From Macrostomum hystrix (taxonomy: Eukaryota > Animalia > Platyhelminthes): 64,000 bases of DNA. Both the position numbers and the translations under genes were made by a program. The notes below the pieces were generated by a model that was not told the DNA's origin, did no database searches, and saw only the letters and a list, made by a program, of their open reading frames with translations. The DNA is taken from positions 4,650,001 to 4,714,000 of the forward strand of contig CATNEN010000025.1 in NCBI GenBank assembly GCA_950097015.1, read 5' to 3'. Shown here piece after piece: positions 1-13,100 of this stretch (its first letter is position 1; the number at the start of each line of letters is the position of its first letter).

Positions 1-2790
1 ATCTGAGACTTTCTCATCTGTGACTTTCTCATCTGGGACTTTCTCATCTGGGACTTTCTCATCTGGGACTTTCTCATCTGGGACTTTCTCATCTGGGACT
101 TTCTCATCTGAGACTTTCTCATCTGTGACTTTCTCATCTGTGACTTTCTCATCTGTGACTTTCTCATCTGAGACTTTCTCATCTGGGACTTTCTCATCTG
201 TGACTTTCTCATCTGAGACTTTCTCATCTGGGACTTTCTCATCTGGGACTTTCTCATCTGGGACTTTCTCATCTGAGACTTTCTCATCTGAGACTTTCTC
301 ATCTGGGACTTTCTCATCTGGGACTTTCTCATCTGGGACTTTCTCATCTGAGACTTTCTCATCTGAGACTTTCTCATCTGAGACTTTCTCATCTGAGACT
401 TTCTCATCTGGGACTTTCTCATCTGGGACTTTCTCATCTGTGACTTTCTCATCTGAGACTTTCTCATCTGAGACTTTCTCATCTGGGACTTTCTCATCTT
501 GGACTTTCTCATCTGAGACTTTCTCATCTGAGACTTTCTCATCTGGGACTTTCTCATCTGAAACTTTCTCATCTGGGACTTTCTCATCTGTGACTTTCTT
601 ATCTGAAACTTTCTCATCTGTGACTTTCTCATCTGGGACTTTCTCATCTGTGACTTTCTCATCTGAGACTTTCTCATCTGAGACTTTCTCATCTGGGACT
701 TTCTCATCTGAAACTTTCTCATCTGGGACTTTCTCATCTGTGACTTTCTCATCTGAGACTTTCTCATCTGAGACTTTCTCATCTGAGACTTTCTCATCTG
801 GGAGTTTCTCATCTGAAACTTTCTCATCTGGGACTTTCTCCTCTGGGACTTTCTCATCTGGGACTTTCTCATCTGAAACTTTCTCATCTGAGACTTTCTC
901 ATCTGAGACTTTCTCATCTGAAACTTTCTCATCTGGGACTTTCTCATCTGTGACTTTCTCATCTGAGACTTTCTCATCTGGGACTTTCTCATCTAAAACT
1001 TTCTCATCTGGGACTTTCTCATCTAAAACTTTCTCATCTGGGACTTTCTCATCTAAAACTTTCTCATCTGGGACTTTCTCATCTGGGACTTTCTCATCTG
1101 GGACTTTCTCATCTAAAACTTTCTCATCTGGGACTTTCTCATCTAAAACTTTCTCATCTGGGACTTTCTCATCTAAAACTTTCTCATCTGGGACTTTCTC
1201 ATCTGGGACTTTCTCATCTGGGACTTTCTCATCTGAGACTTTCTCATCTGGGACTTTCTCATCTGAGACTTTCTCATCTGGGACTTTCTCATCTGAGACT
1301 TTCTCATCTGAAACTTTCTCATCTGGGACTTTCTCATCTGGGACTTTCTCATCTGGGACTTTCTCATCTAAAACTTTCTCATCTGGGACTTTCTCATCTA
1401 AAACTTTCTCATCTGGGACTTTCTCATCTAAAACTTTCTCATCTGGGACTTTCTCATCTGGGACTTTCTCATCTGGGACTTTCTCATCTGGGACTTTCTC
1501 ATCTAAAACTTTCTCATCTGGGACTTTCTCATCTGTGACTTTCTCATCTGGGACTTTCTCATCTAAAACTTTCTCATCTGGGACTTTCTCATCTGGGACT
1601 TTCTCATCTAAAACTTTCTCATCTGGGACTTTCTCATCTGGGACTTTCTCATCTGAAACTTTCTCATCTGGGACTTTCTCATCTGAGACTTTCTCATCTG
1701 AGACTTTCTCATCTGAGACTTTCTCATCTGGGACTTTCTCCTCTGGGACTTTCTCATCTGGGACTTTCTCATCTGGGACTTTCTCATCTGGGACTTTCTC
1801 ATCTGAGACTTTCTCATCTGAGACTTTCTCATCTGGGACTTTCTCATCTGGGACTTTCTCATCTGAGACTTTCTCATCTGAGACTTTCTCATCTGGGACT
1901 TTCTCATCTGGGACTTTCTCATCTGTGACTTTCTCATCTGGGACTTTCTCATCTGGGACTTTCTCATCTGTGACTTTCTCATCTGGGACTTTCTCATCTG
2001 GGACTTTCTCATCTGAGACTTTCTCATCTGTGACTTTCTCATCTGAGACTTTCTCATCTGAAACTTTCTCATCTGGGACTTTCTCATCTGGGACTTTCTC
2101 ATCTGAGACTTTCTCATCTGTGACTTTCTCATCTGAGACTTTCTCATCTGAAACTTTCTCATCTGGGACTTTCTCATCTGGGACTTTCTCATCTGAGACT
2201 TTCTTATCTGTGACTTTCTTATCTGAGACTTTCTCATCTGGGACTTTCTCATCTGGGACTTTCTCATCTGTGACTTTCTCATCTGAGACTTTCTCATCTG
2301 GGACTTTCTCATCTGTGACTTTCTCATCTGAGACTTTCTCCTCTGGGAGTTTCTCATCTGAGACTTTCCGATCATGTGACTTTCTCATCTGAGACTTTCT
2401 CCTCTGGGAGTTTCTCATCTGAGACTTTCTCATCTGTGACTTTCTTATCTGAGACTTTCTCATCTGTGACTTTCTTATCTGAGACTTTCTCCTCTGGGAG
2501 TTTCTCATCTGAGACTTTCTTATCTGTGACTTTCTCATCTGTGACTTTCTCATCTGAGACTTTCTCATCTGTGACTTTCTCATCTGTGACTTTCTCATCT
2601 GTGACTTTCTCATCTGAGACTTTCACATCTGAGACTTTCTCATCTGAGCATTTCTCATCTGAGACTTTCTCATCTGAGCATTTCACATCTGAGACTTTCA
2701 CATCTGAGCATTTCTCATCTGAGACTTTCTCATCTGTGACTTTCTCATCTGTGACTTTCTCATCTGAGACTTTCTCATCTGAGACTTTCT
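1..2790. repeat. 15-bp minisatellite (ATCTGGGACTTTCTC; variants TGA/AGA/AAA at the GGA position), runs off the window start
   Basis: Direct 15-bp periodicity, about 185 units. One 16-nt irregular unit near 2360-2376. It explains the TFSSG, RKSQM and VSDEK ORFs. Confidence 0.98.
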
Positions 2791-3226
2791 TAATACCGAA
2801 TTCCTTATCCAGAAATATCTGTTCTCCTTTCTCCTCTTTAGAAAATCGGTGAATCCGAAGCCGCAGTTGTTTATCATATATTTTAACAATGCGTGTCATC
2901 AGCTCATCAGCGGTTAATGGAAATTTTAAGCTTAGTGGGCGGTGGCCGCATAGTGACAGGTTATCCGAGGTCACGCCTCAGCACTGGGCTAGGGAGGCAT
3001 TCAGTCAGTGCAGCTTCCTATCCTTCAGTCTAGATCACAGTTGATCAATATCAATTTTTAGCAGGTATGCAATACCCTCGGGACAATGCCCGCGTGGGAT
3101 TCAGGGGCGGAGAGACAAAATTAACAGAAGTACAGTTGAAACAATGACTAAAAAAAGAATCCTTCTTACGGTAGAGAAAAAGGAGTGCGAGAAATAATCG
3201 AATTTGGCAATAGGGAAATTACTTAC

Positions 3227-4124
3227 TGGTTTATACGCCTTTTTTCAGCATGTTGCAGTCTTCTCAGTGATTTTACTTTGTATTTGATAGACTTTAAGAA
3301 AAATTGAGCGATAACTCTAATGCAATAGAATGATCTGATTTAATTTAATAAATTGATAATCAACTAGTAACTGAAGTTCTGCTTGAATCGGATCTTGAAG
3401 CGGCTGCTGTGGCGGCAGAAGTTGCACCTCCGCCTGCGGTGGAAGAGGCTGCTGCTGCTGCAGCTTCGCACCTGAGCTGATGCTCCCATAGACTGCGCAG
3501 AATATCTGAAAAATTTAATGTCGTTGCGGGGAACACTCTCGCACCAAGGTCCCTAAGCTCGATTCCGCGGCGAAACCACATTCATTTGTGGCTCAGCCGC
3601 GGAGAGAAGGCTTGGTGGCTTGTCCTGCACTTTACGCCCTTGAGGGTCAACCACCAAGGCACAGTGAGAGTGTACACAGTCTGACGATGAGAAAGTCAGA
3701 GCAGATGTACACACCTGTGTGAGCGTGTGCCTGTGTACTATATTTGTGTGCGTGTGTGCTCAGGAGTCAGCGAAATGGGCAGAACTGCCTCCTCGCAGGC
3801 TGCAGTCCTGCAATTATTTTTTGCAAGCACAATTATTTGACGCTTATTTTAATTGAAACTTTAATCAGCCAAAAACTCTACGAAGCTAGATATTTGTACA
3901 TCTAAAGTAGTTCGTGCTGCAGACTAACCAGAAGTTCCGGCCATGTGTTGCCGCATCTGTTCGTCGAAATTTGCCGACTCATCAGTTTCCTGATCTTCCA
4001 ACTCATCGCCCAGACCAGACTGACCGCCATCTGGGAATTCGAAGTCGCCCTGCAGCTCCACAGGTGACGGGCTGTCCAAGAAGCGGCTATTCGAAATGCT
4101 GTAGAAGCGATAAGTCATTGTGTG

Positions 4125-4155
<31 letters not shown>

Positions 4156-5278
4156 TGCAGCGGGGACTGCGGCTGCGGCTGCTGCTGTTGCTGCTGCTGT
4201 TGATCAACGCTGCTCACAGACAGACATGACTCACTGTCCTCTTCAACCATTGTTGACAAAGCGCCTTTGAAAAAGAGGGGCGTGATTTTAGACTAAATGA
4301 ATTAGCGACTCAAGATAATTGAGAATATGAGGTTGCTGAGTAAAATTAGGTAACTGGATGCTCACTTCAGTTTCTTCTAATTAGGAAATTTCAACCTTTT
4401 TTAGGATTCTAAGAAGCACTCGACGAGAGAGAAAGATTGGTCGAGGGCTCATCTGCCGGTCTATTCGTGGCCCAGGCTTCGTTTGCAACAAAAGTACTCA
4501 CTCATTAGGCAACCGAAGACATTTCTTGATGGCTTTTTGAGTGCCGCTTTTTCAGACCGCTTAGAAGACGACTTAGACGGCAACCTGTACATTTTTTAAT
4601 TAGAGCAGTTATAAACTCAATAAATTTCTGAATATTATCTATTGACGCAAATAAAAACAGACGATCTTTACCTGTAACATAAACTTTTAAACTTCAAAAC
4701 GAAATATTTCAGAATTCTGAATGCATTGGAAGTACACATCATTATTTTTTTCTCATTCACTAATGTTCTGCCTCAAGAATCAAGATAATAGGCTTTATGT
4801 GCAATTTTATTATAAAGCTTGTAAAGCAAGCACTTAACTTAACTTTTTATATAAAAAACTATTATCTGAATAAAGGAACGAAAAAAAAGCATTAAAACCA
4901 CTACTTAAATAAAACATAATTTTTTAATTTAATTTTGGGTTACCATCTTCATTTTTGTTAACCTAAAAGCCAAAAAATATAGATATTTTTACATATAATG
5001 ATACTTATTACACTCTTAATGATTAACAGAAAAATCTAATTTAACTTTATTCATTGTTAGAAGGTAACAAAGACCTTGGATTTCTCACCCTATTGCTGAC
5101 TGGTCCAAATCTTGCACTTTTAATTTCTCGCTTCGCTGGACAACTTCAACAATGAGCTCCTTAGAATGGTCCGACAGAAAGTGCACTGTTATTAGCTTCG
5201 TCTTTCCAGGTGGAGTTAACTTCAATTCTGTTTTGTCCACCATGGTGAAGTTATGAATAGTCTTTCTGTGAGTGGCAG
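3227..5278 (-). CDS. Unidentified multi-exon protein with polyQ and polyA tracts (5' and 3' ends unresolved)
   Basis: Five exons join in phase with GT-AG sites: 5278-5089, 4584-4502, 4264-3929, 3505-3372, 3291-3227. Translation ...IHNFTMVDKTELKL...DQSAIG|LPSKSSSKRSEKAALKKPSRNVFGCLM|SALSTMVEEDSESC..polyQ..GTS|DILRSLWEHQLRCEAAAA..RTS|SIKYKVKSLRRLQHAEKRRIN. No family recognised. Confidence 0.65.
3535..3815. mobile_element. Dispersed repeat, copy 1 (in an intron of the minus-strand gene)
   Basis: Shares long blocks (GACGATGAGAAAGTC, CTCAGGAGTCAGCGAAA, GCACCAAGGTCCCT) with 48160-48470 and 51550-51740, which are in the opposite orientation. Confidence 0.7.
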
Positions 5279-6308
5279 CTTGTAGATAAAGCAATGCACC
5301 CAGACACGCCAAATATTCCACTTTAAAAGTGTGGGATTATCACGCGGAAAAGGACTTCGCATAGATTTCCATTTTAGAATACCTTTTTACAATTATTAAA
5401 GTTTTGGGTATACATATCATTAGTATACCGAACAAAAAAGTATTTATTGCGGCTAGGAGTAGAAAACTGTTAAGCTAATTTAAATCTGAACGATTGCTCA
5501 GATAGCGCATTCTCATTTAAGCTCGTTTTCCGATTTCGTAAAACCATAGTTATTTTCATTTTCGCTTAGTCGAAATAAAACAAATAAGTAGAGCGGATTT
5601 TTCTGTGATAGATAATTAAATGTAACTATTTTTATAAGAATGCATGCTAATTTTTTTTAATTATGAATGCTAAAGAATATTGCTTAGAAATGCAAATCGC
5701 ACGATGTATTCGTTATTCTTAAGAGAAAATATAAAAGGAAGAAAAAATTGTATAGTTTCTTATTTATATTTATGGCTACATTGTTTCGAGGACTACTAAA
5801 GTGAAGGACTGCTATCTTTGTTCCTTGTCTATCCAGGGCGCCGAGTACTCGTAAACACAGCTTGCACACTGATATGGACTCTACATGTGTGCATAGTTTC
5901 TCATGAGCCCATATGCGCACTTCTTGTCTCTACCTTGTTCTCATTGCACATTATATTGAGTAAAGTTTTTATAAAACATATTATATTGAACTCTGCACTG
6001 TGTGATTGAAAAAATTGTTGACAATATAGCTCTCTATAATTCATGATAGTAAAAAATAAAAACAATCGGTTTTGACGGAATTAATTAACAGCTTTTATAA
6101 AATCATGGAGTTAATACCCGAGTGCGATTTTGGCATCTATAACCCGGAGCGGGTCTCAAACACGGCCCACTATTGCATGCATGGCTGAGCCGACCACCCA
6201 GCGAGACCTTCCGGAGGCGGCGGCTGCAGCTGGCAGGGCACATCTTGCACGCGGAATCAATTAAACCAAGGACTGCTAAAGTAGACTAGACAAATTTGCT
6301 ATACTGGA

Positions 6309-6403
6309 ATACTACAGTGGTCCTTGAGTCATACGGCAAGATCTTTGCAGGACGTCTTGCCCCTCGCCCCAAGGACCACTGTAGTATACTACAGTGGTCC
6401 TTG
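6309..6403. other. Perfect 34-bp palindrome plus a third copy of its arm
   Basis: CAAGGACCACTGTAGTA-TACTACAGTGGTCCTTG at 6370-6403. The arm TACTACAGTGGTCCTTG is also at 6310-6326. Confidence 0.9.
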
Positions 6404-7172
6404 CCTCGCCCTGCGGGGCCCGTCACGCCGAGGGCGTTGGAGAACGCGGCCCTACGTGAAAGGCCTGCTGCAGGCAGATGCCGGGCTAACACCAGATGAG
6501 GGCCAGTGCGATCGGGAGTTTCAGGAAGCTTGCAGCTATTCGGAATTTGTCCTTCTGACACCACAACCTTATGTCATTTTACTTTATATTTTTGTGCTGT
6601 GCTGTTGTTGCTTCGTTGACATCACAAATTTGATGTTGTTGGTATTTACTATGTATTAAATTATTAAGCCAAAGTTTAGAAAATATTTGTCCAAAATATT
6701 TAAGTAACGAGAAAGATATCGGGTTTTAATAAACTATACAATAACCGTTCGTGTAGAATGTTAAATTTTAAATTTCAAGCCCGATACTTTAAAAGTCATG
6801 CTACGTAATCGTTTTGGATTGAAATAGCGTTACGGTAATTAGTATCGTTTCCCCACGAGTTTAAATTTTTTGGTGGTCTCTTTTTTGAACACGTTATAAG
6901 GCATCAAATTTGCTAAAATATATCTAACTTCAAGTCGTGATAAAAACCTAGATTAGATTGTAATCAAATCTCACATCTATAGATACTGTTTCCGATGTGT
7001 AGAAAGTTGCACCCAATACCTAATATACACGGACGATTAGTGCTTGTTAGGTCCGGTGCGTCTGGTTACTAAAAATCGCTACATTAACATTTGTTGTATT
7101 TCTTGACTAGGCCTAAAAAGTTTTTTTGCTTTTTGCTTCAATAAAAATTTCCCACGTCAAATCTGCATAAGC

Positions 7173-10100
7173 ATGGCAGGAATGAAATTTGAATATGACG
7201 AGTCTGGCTCAACATTTTATTACTTTCTCTTAGCTTTTTATGCACTTGTTTTGCTGCCACTCACTTACTACTTCTGGCCTTCATCACAATCTGGTAAGTG
7301 AAACAATAATAGGCTTTTGTGGAATTATCCGTCGCACTATATTTTAATAGCTTAATATTGTATACATATCCTATCATATTATCATTTTTGGACAGGAACA
7401 TATAGCAAAGTTGCTACTCTAGTTAAAAATGGACAAACATAAATAAACTTTTAAATTTTGCTATGTAAGCTAAGAAGAAATTGTGTCCTTAGATTTTTTT
7501 AATTTTATATCTAAGGATTTTTTGTCAAGATTACATAACTAAAGATTTCCCTTTGGTATTTTGGTAATCTCCTATTTTACTATATTATTTATTTTTATCT
7601 TTTTTGAGTTGTAACCTAATTTTTTTACATAGGCTTATCTGTATCAGTATCTCAGAAATTTTCCCATAGCCTATATATATCTGTATCCATATCCACAACT
7701 AAATAAATCCTGTAACTTCCAGTAACATTTGTATCTTGTGCATTATGTATATTACACTTGTATGAATAGGCAATCCTATCCCACTCTAAATTATTTTGAC
7801 TCTATTTTTGAACTTTTTAGACTCCTGAGGCAACAAAAATGAGTTATAGAGGTTATAGATGTACAAAAGCAGTTCAAGTTTGGACTACATGGGGCAGTAG
7901 TGTGGGGTAGTATAGCTTAAATGCATAAATATAAGCTCTGTTGAATTAGTGTCTATAATTCTTAGTATTTTAAGTCTTTGGGGGCTTGAGTTTGTATAGA
8001 ATTTTCATGCCTTTTTCTATATATTATTTATTTTTCTTGTTATTGTCTGTTTGTTTTACTCACTTCAGTGCAAACTTTATTTGCTAACTCAAGATATAGA
8101 AACTAGATAGAGGAAATAGAAGTTCCTATAACCATAGATCCATATTCATAACTCTTGTCCAAAATGCTCATTAGTTGTAACTTCCCATAAATCCATAGCT
8201 ATGGTGGAACTCTAATATTTATATCATTTTTACACTCCATGTAGTAGACATCATAGACCCAACAATCCCCACCATACCAACACCATGAAAAGGTCTTTGG
8301 CTCTCATCAAGGCCTAATTCTGGTCAATGCATGGCATTTCCTATGTACTATTAGAGTAAGAGCATTGACACACAAAAATTGTTGCCGAAATGTGACACAA
8401 GATGAAGTTATAAAACAGTGTGACACAGTAGAAAATTGGTGGTAATAATGATTGTAAAAATGATATATCTATTCAAGCCAATGCTATTTCTATCTGCTAT
8501 ATTTATAGAAATGTTATTTTATATTTTTAAATGTTTCATAACAGTTGTTTAGAGTCTTACCTGAAAATTATTGCTAAAAATTATAGCAAAAGTGACATAA
8601 GGAGTGTGAATATCAGAGGACACAAAAGTTCCAAATTTAAACTTTAGTGGAATTGGTATATTGTAGTTTACTGGCTCCTTATTGCTACACACTTATAGAG
8701 TATTGTTGTTTTGCTATTATTACAACTAGTTTTGGTTTTCCTCATTGTTAATTATCTCAATATAAACATCAGATGCAGTTGTTTTTCATTTGAGCCCAAT
8801 TCCTTGAGTGGCCATTTTGACATGGAAGCTATAGTTTCAGATAGAAAACAGCATTTTAGGGTTATATCAAAATATTTTTGCTTTAATATTTTATTTAAGG
8901 TTATTGGTAATTGGCATTGACAATGGGTATTTTAATTATTGTTGTTATTAAGATAATTACAGGCCAAATTTGTAACAAAACATTTTTTTAACTTTAGTTA
9001 TATGCTGGTAGGCCTTGTTATTAATTTTTGTATAAAAACAAAAAGTAGAATATTTTTAATGAATTATGGTTCTCTAATTATAGAATCTGGTTTTTCTATT
9101 TTTTGTACCATAAGGCATGTGTTCAGTTTTAGTTAAGCATAGCATATTTTAGCAAATAAAGTTTAGCATATATTTATATAAATAATCAACATTGTGCTTT
9201 TTTTTCTTTAATCACAATATCAAAAGCAAAGACATGGTTATTCTTCCTATTTGAAATAAAGATTAATATTATTCATAAATTATAAAGTTATGATAGTTAT
9301 TATTAGTTAAGCACATAAAGTAAAGTATTTATGTTCAATTAGAATGTCTAAATATAATGCTATTGAAAACTCTTGTCAATTAATTAACTCCCAATTAGAT
9401 CGCAGCGAGCAAGGCAAACGAAAATGTCACTGCGACGGCTGCCAAATGAAGCGCCACCTCATCAAATCATTTTCGCCTTGGAAGGAGCGAAAGAAGAAGT
9501 TGCTGTAAGTAGTATAACTAGTTTGATTTGTTTAAAATCAAATGCAGTAGCTTCATTCCGACAGTTTTTCTCTTCTTTTTTCAGTAAGCTACTATTTTTC
9601 GTCCTGTGGATTGTGTTCGCCGTTCTAGTTTACAAGGTCAACACTATTAAAGTGGAATGGATGGACTTTGATCCTTACGGTGTCCTTGGAATCGACAGGG
9701 TACGCGCATCATTATTGATTAATATTGAAAGTCCTTTAGGCTCTGAGTTACGTTACCTAAAAACCATGCTGTAGTTATCATTACATCAACATTTTGGTAC
9801 GATTAGATTCCTAGGTAAGAGCAGTAACCTACCGCCAGATTCTCAGGTAGGATCACTGCCCTCCTGTCAGATTCTCAGGTAGGATCACTGCCCTCCTGTC
9901 AGATTCTCAGGTAGGATCACTGCCCTCCTGTCAGATTCTCAGGTAGGATCACTGCCCTCCTGTCAGATTCTCAGGCAGGAAGATAGCAGGACCGTGTTTT
10001 ATAATTATATCTCACACTTGCAAATTAAATATGGCGAGTCTATTGCTAACGCTGGCACCCGCTTACTCTCCCAATGCAGGGCGCCAGTCCGTTAGACATC

Positions 10101-13100
10101 CGCAAAGCCTATCGCCAGCTGTCGCTGACGCATCACCCTGACAAAGGCGGCGATCCGCAGGTGTTCCAGCAGATTTCAAAGGCCTACAGGGCTTTAACTA
10201 ACGAACAGGATCGCAAGAACTGGGAAATGCATGGCAATCCAGACGGTCCGGCCGCTGTTAATTTTGGTATAGCGTTGCCGAAATGGTTAGTTAAACAGGA
10301 GAATAGCATGCTAGTGCTGGGAGCCTATGGTCTCGTATTCATGGTGCTCCTACCGCTAGTCGTTGGCACCTGGTGGTATCGCACAATCAAGTTTACCGGA
10401 GAAGCGATTCTGCTGCACACTACGGAAATATTTCGCTACTTTTTACAACGCACTCCAAGCATGTCATATCGTCGCATCCTAATGATTCTGGCTAGCGCGT
10501 GCGAGTTTAATAGGGCGCAGAATCCTGAAATTGTTGAACGACCGTCCGATAACGAGGAGGTAGGTTGCATGGTGCGGTGCCTCTTTTACAGTTCGTTAGC
10601 GATAGTCTACTGATAGTAGGAAGATGTAGTTGTTAAATTCAGTTTTGGTACTGAAATTATTTAAAAAGATCGTCTGGTACTCTGGTAACAAGAAGGTTGG
10701 TTGGATTCCGCGTAGTTTGTCTACCAGTTTGTTAGCGATAGTCTACTGATAGTAGGAATATACGATTAGAGACTATCAGACTATGTTAATCCTGTGTGAC
10801 AAAAAAATTGTTTGTCAAACTAAAGATCTCCTTATTCCTCAACCATCTCCCATCCAGGTGCCGATGGCGATGAAACAGTTGCCGCAGGTGAACGAGAAGA
10901 ACAAAGAGCCGCCATTCTGTCTGCCCTACGCTTTGAAAGCTCGCGTATTGCTTCACGCCCATCTAAGCCGGCTAGATTTGAATCCCAACACTCTGGAGGC
11001 TGATAGGAGAACTGTTGTCCGCAAATGCCCAGCCCTACTGCAGGAAATGGTGTCTCTAAGCATGCAGCTTGTTGCCTACGCTCAGTACACTGGTGGGCGT
11101 TGCAATCATCCTCGCCTGGAGACCATCGAGTGCATTATGAAGCTCAGTCCAATGATTGTGCAAGGACTTTGGGAGAATAAGAGTCCGATTTTGCAATTGC
11201 CGCACATCTCCGAGGACTCGCTGCGACATTTTGTGACGCGAAAGCGCAACGTTAGAACTATTCGACAATTGGCGCAGATGCCGGATAACGAACGTCGGGC
11301 CCTGCTGCGCGGCCTGACTGAGGATCAGTATCGTGACGTCATGACTGTCTGCGCCGGCATGCCGCAGGTTGACGTCCAGTACAAGATTGAAGTTATCGAC
11401 GATGACAAGCCGGAACAGGTATGGATGCCGTTTATTACTTGGCTTAGGCGGCCAAACTGGGATAGTTGGTGGTCAACTGGGGTAGTTGGTGGTCAATTCT
11501 ATGGTAGTTGGTGGTCAATTCTATGGTAGTTGGTGGTCAATTCTATGGTAGTTGGTGGTCAACTGGGGTAGTTAGTGGTCAATTCTATGGTAGTTGGTGG
11601 TCAATTCTATGGTAGTTGGTGGTCAATTCTATGGTAGTTGGTGGTCAACTGGGGTAGTTGGTGGTCAATTCTATGGTAGTTGGTGGTCAATTCTATGGTA
11701 GTTGGTGGTCAACTGGGGTAGTTAGTGGTCAATTCTATGGTAGTTGGTGGTCAATTCTATGGTAGTTGGTGGTCAATTCTATGGTAGTTGGTGGTCAATT
11801 CTATGGTAGTTGGTGGTCAACTGGGGTAATTGGTGTTTGATGTCTAATCGGGTTTGTTGTTGGCCAAAAGGATAATTGTCAAAACGCTGATTTCATTAAA
11901 CTTGTCCAGGTGACCGCTGGCAGTTTGGTGACGATGACGGTCACTCTGACCAGGCGCGACCTATCTGAGCTTATGTCGTCCCCGGTCGCCGGCGAGGACG
12001 GCTCCGGTCAGCAATTAGACGATGGCGACGATGACTTGCAGCCGCAGCAGCAGCAGCAGCTACAAAACGGCCCCGCTGACGATTTAACTGCTTTGCAGCC
12101 AACATCCAATGGCGGCTCAATAGTCGCCGCCGCTGCTGATGGCTCACCGGCCAAGAAGCAATTGGCGCAGCAGCAGCAGCAGTCGTCACATCATCAGCAG
12201 CAACAGAAGAAGAAGCGTGGCAAGGACAACTGGCTCAATAAGGGCAAGAGTAAAGGAAAGCCAAAGCAGCAGCAAGCTAAGCAACAGCAGCAGCAGCAGA
12301 AGTCTTCTAACGCTGCGGCTTCGACATCGAACGGCGTTGCTAACGAGCAGAACAACAGCGGCGATGAAGCCGACGACGACGACCTGCCACCGCTTGTTGA
12401 GATGGCCGTCGGTGGTGACACTGCCCCGCCAGCCGATGCCGACGTCGCCAACGTCGATGGCCCAGTTGAAGACGAAGACGGATCTGCCAATGGCGGGGCC
12501 GGCGGAGCCGGCGGAGGAAGCGGCGACGGCGACGACTCAGACGGCGAGAGCGGCTGGGATCGGGTCCAAGAGGAGCTTCGCCGAGACAACTCTTTGGACA
12601 CGCGCAGTAGGACTACGCGTACTGTCCATTGTCCGCTGTTTCCAGGCGAGAAGCTGGAATTCTGGTGGCTATACGCCTGCGATAGGCGCGCCTCCAGGCT
12701 GCTCACCCAGCCAGTGTTTATCACTTCGCTGGACAACACTCAGCAGGTATGATTTTTTTATTGTTGGAATTGAACTAGTTAGAAATATGATCTCAATCTT
12801 GCTAATATTTTTTAGAATATTTAAAGAACCTACTAATAGTAGTGACAAAAACAATGCCTATATCGAAAGGCTTTTGTTTTGTTTCATAACATATTTCCCG
12901 GGAAAATATTTTCGATTTTTGTTTAAGTATACTTTCCCTTCAGAAAAGGTCGAAGCACTGTAATAAGATGATTAAAACATAAATTTGATACCTACTCATT
13001 TATTAGGTCTAACTGATGAAAACAAAAATAGAATGGAATAAATGTAATCCTGCAGCCATTTGACTGCATTCGTCCGAGTTGGCAAAAATGCTATTTAAAT

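Noticed and set aside
20-2392. 790-aa TFSSG-repeat protein on the + strand
   Set aside because: It is a by-product of a stop-free 15-bp repeat, with no unique sequence, signal or splice context.
10591-10758. 32-bp direct repeats as the TSD or LTR of an insertion in SEC63 intron 4
   Set aside because: Too long for a TSD, and the ~105-bp interior has no element features. Most likely a local duplication.
11971-12963. Overlapping and antisense ORFs in SEC63 exon 6 (and at 3914-4270)
   Set aside because: They are shadows of GC-rich CAG/GCC low-complexity coding sequence.
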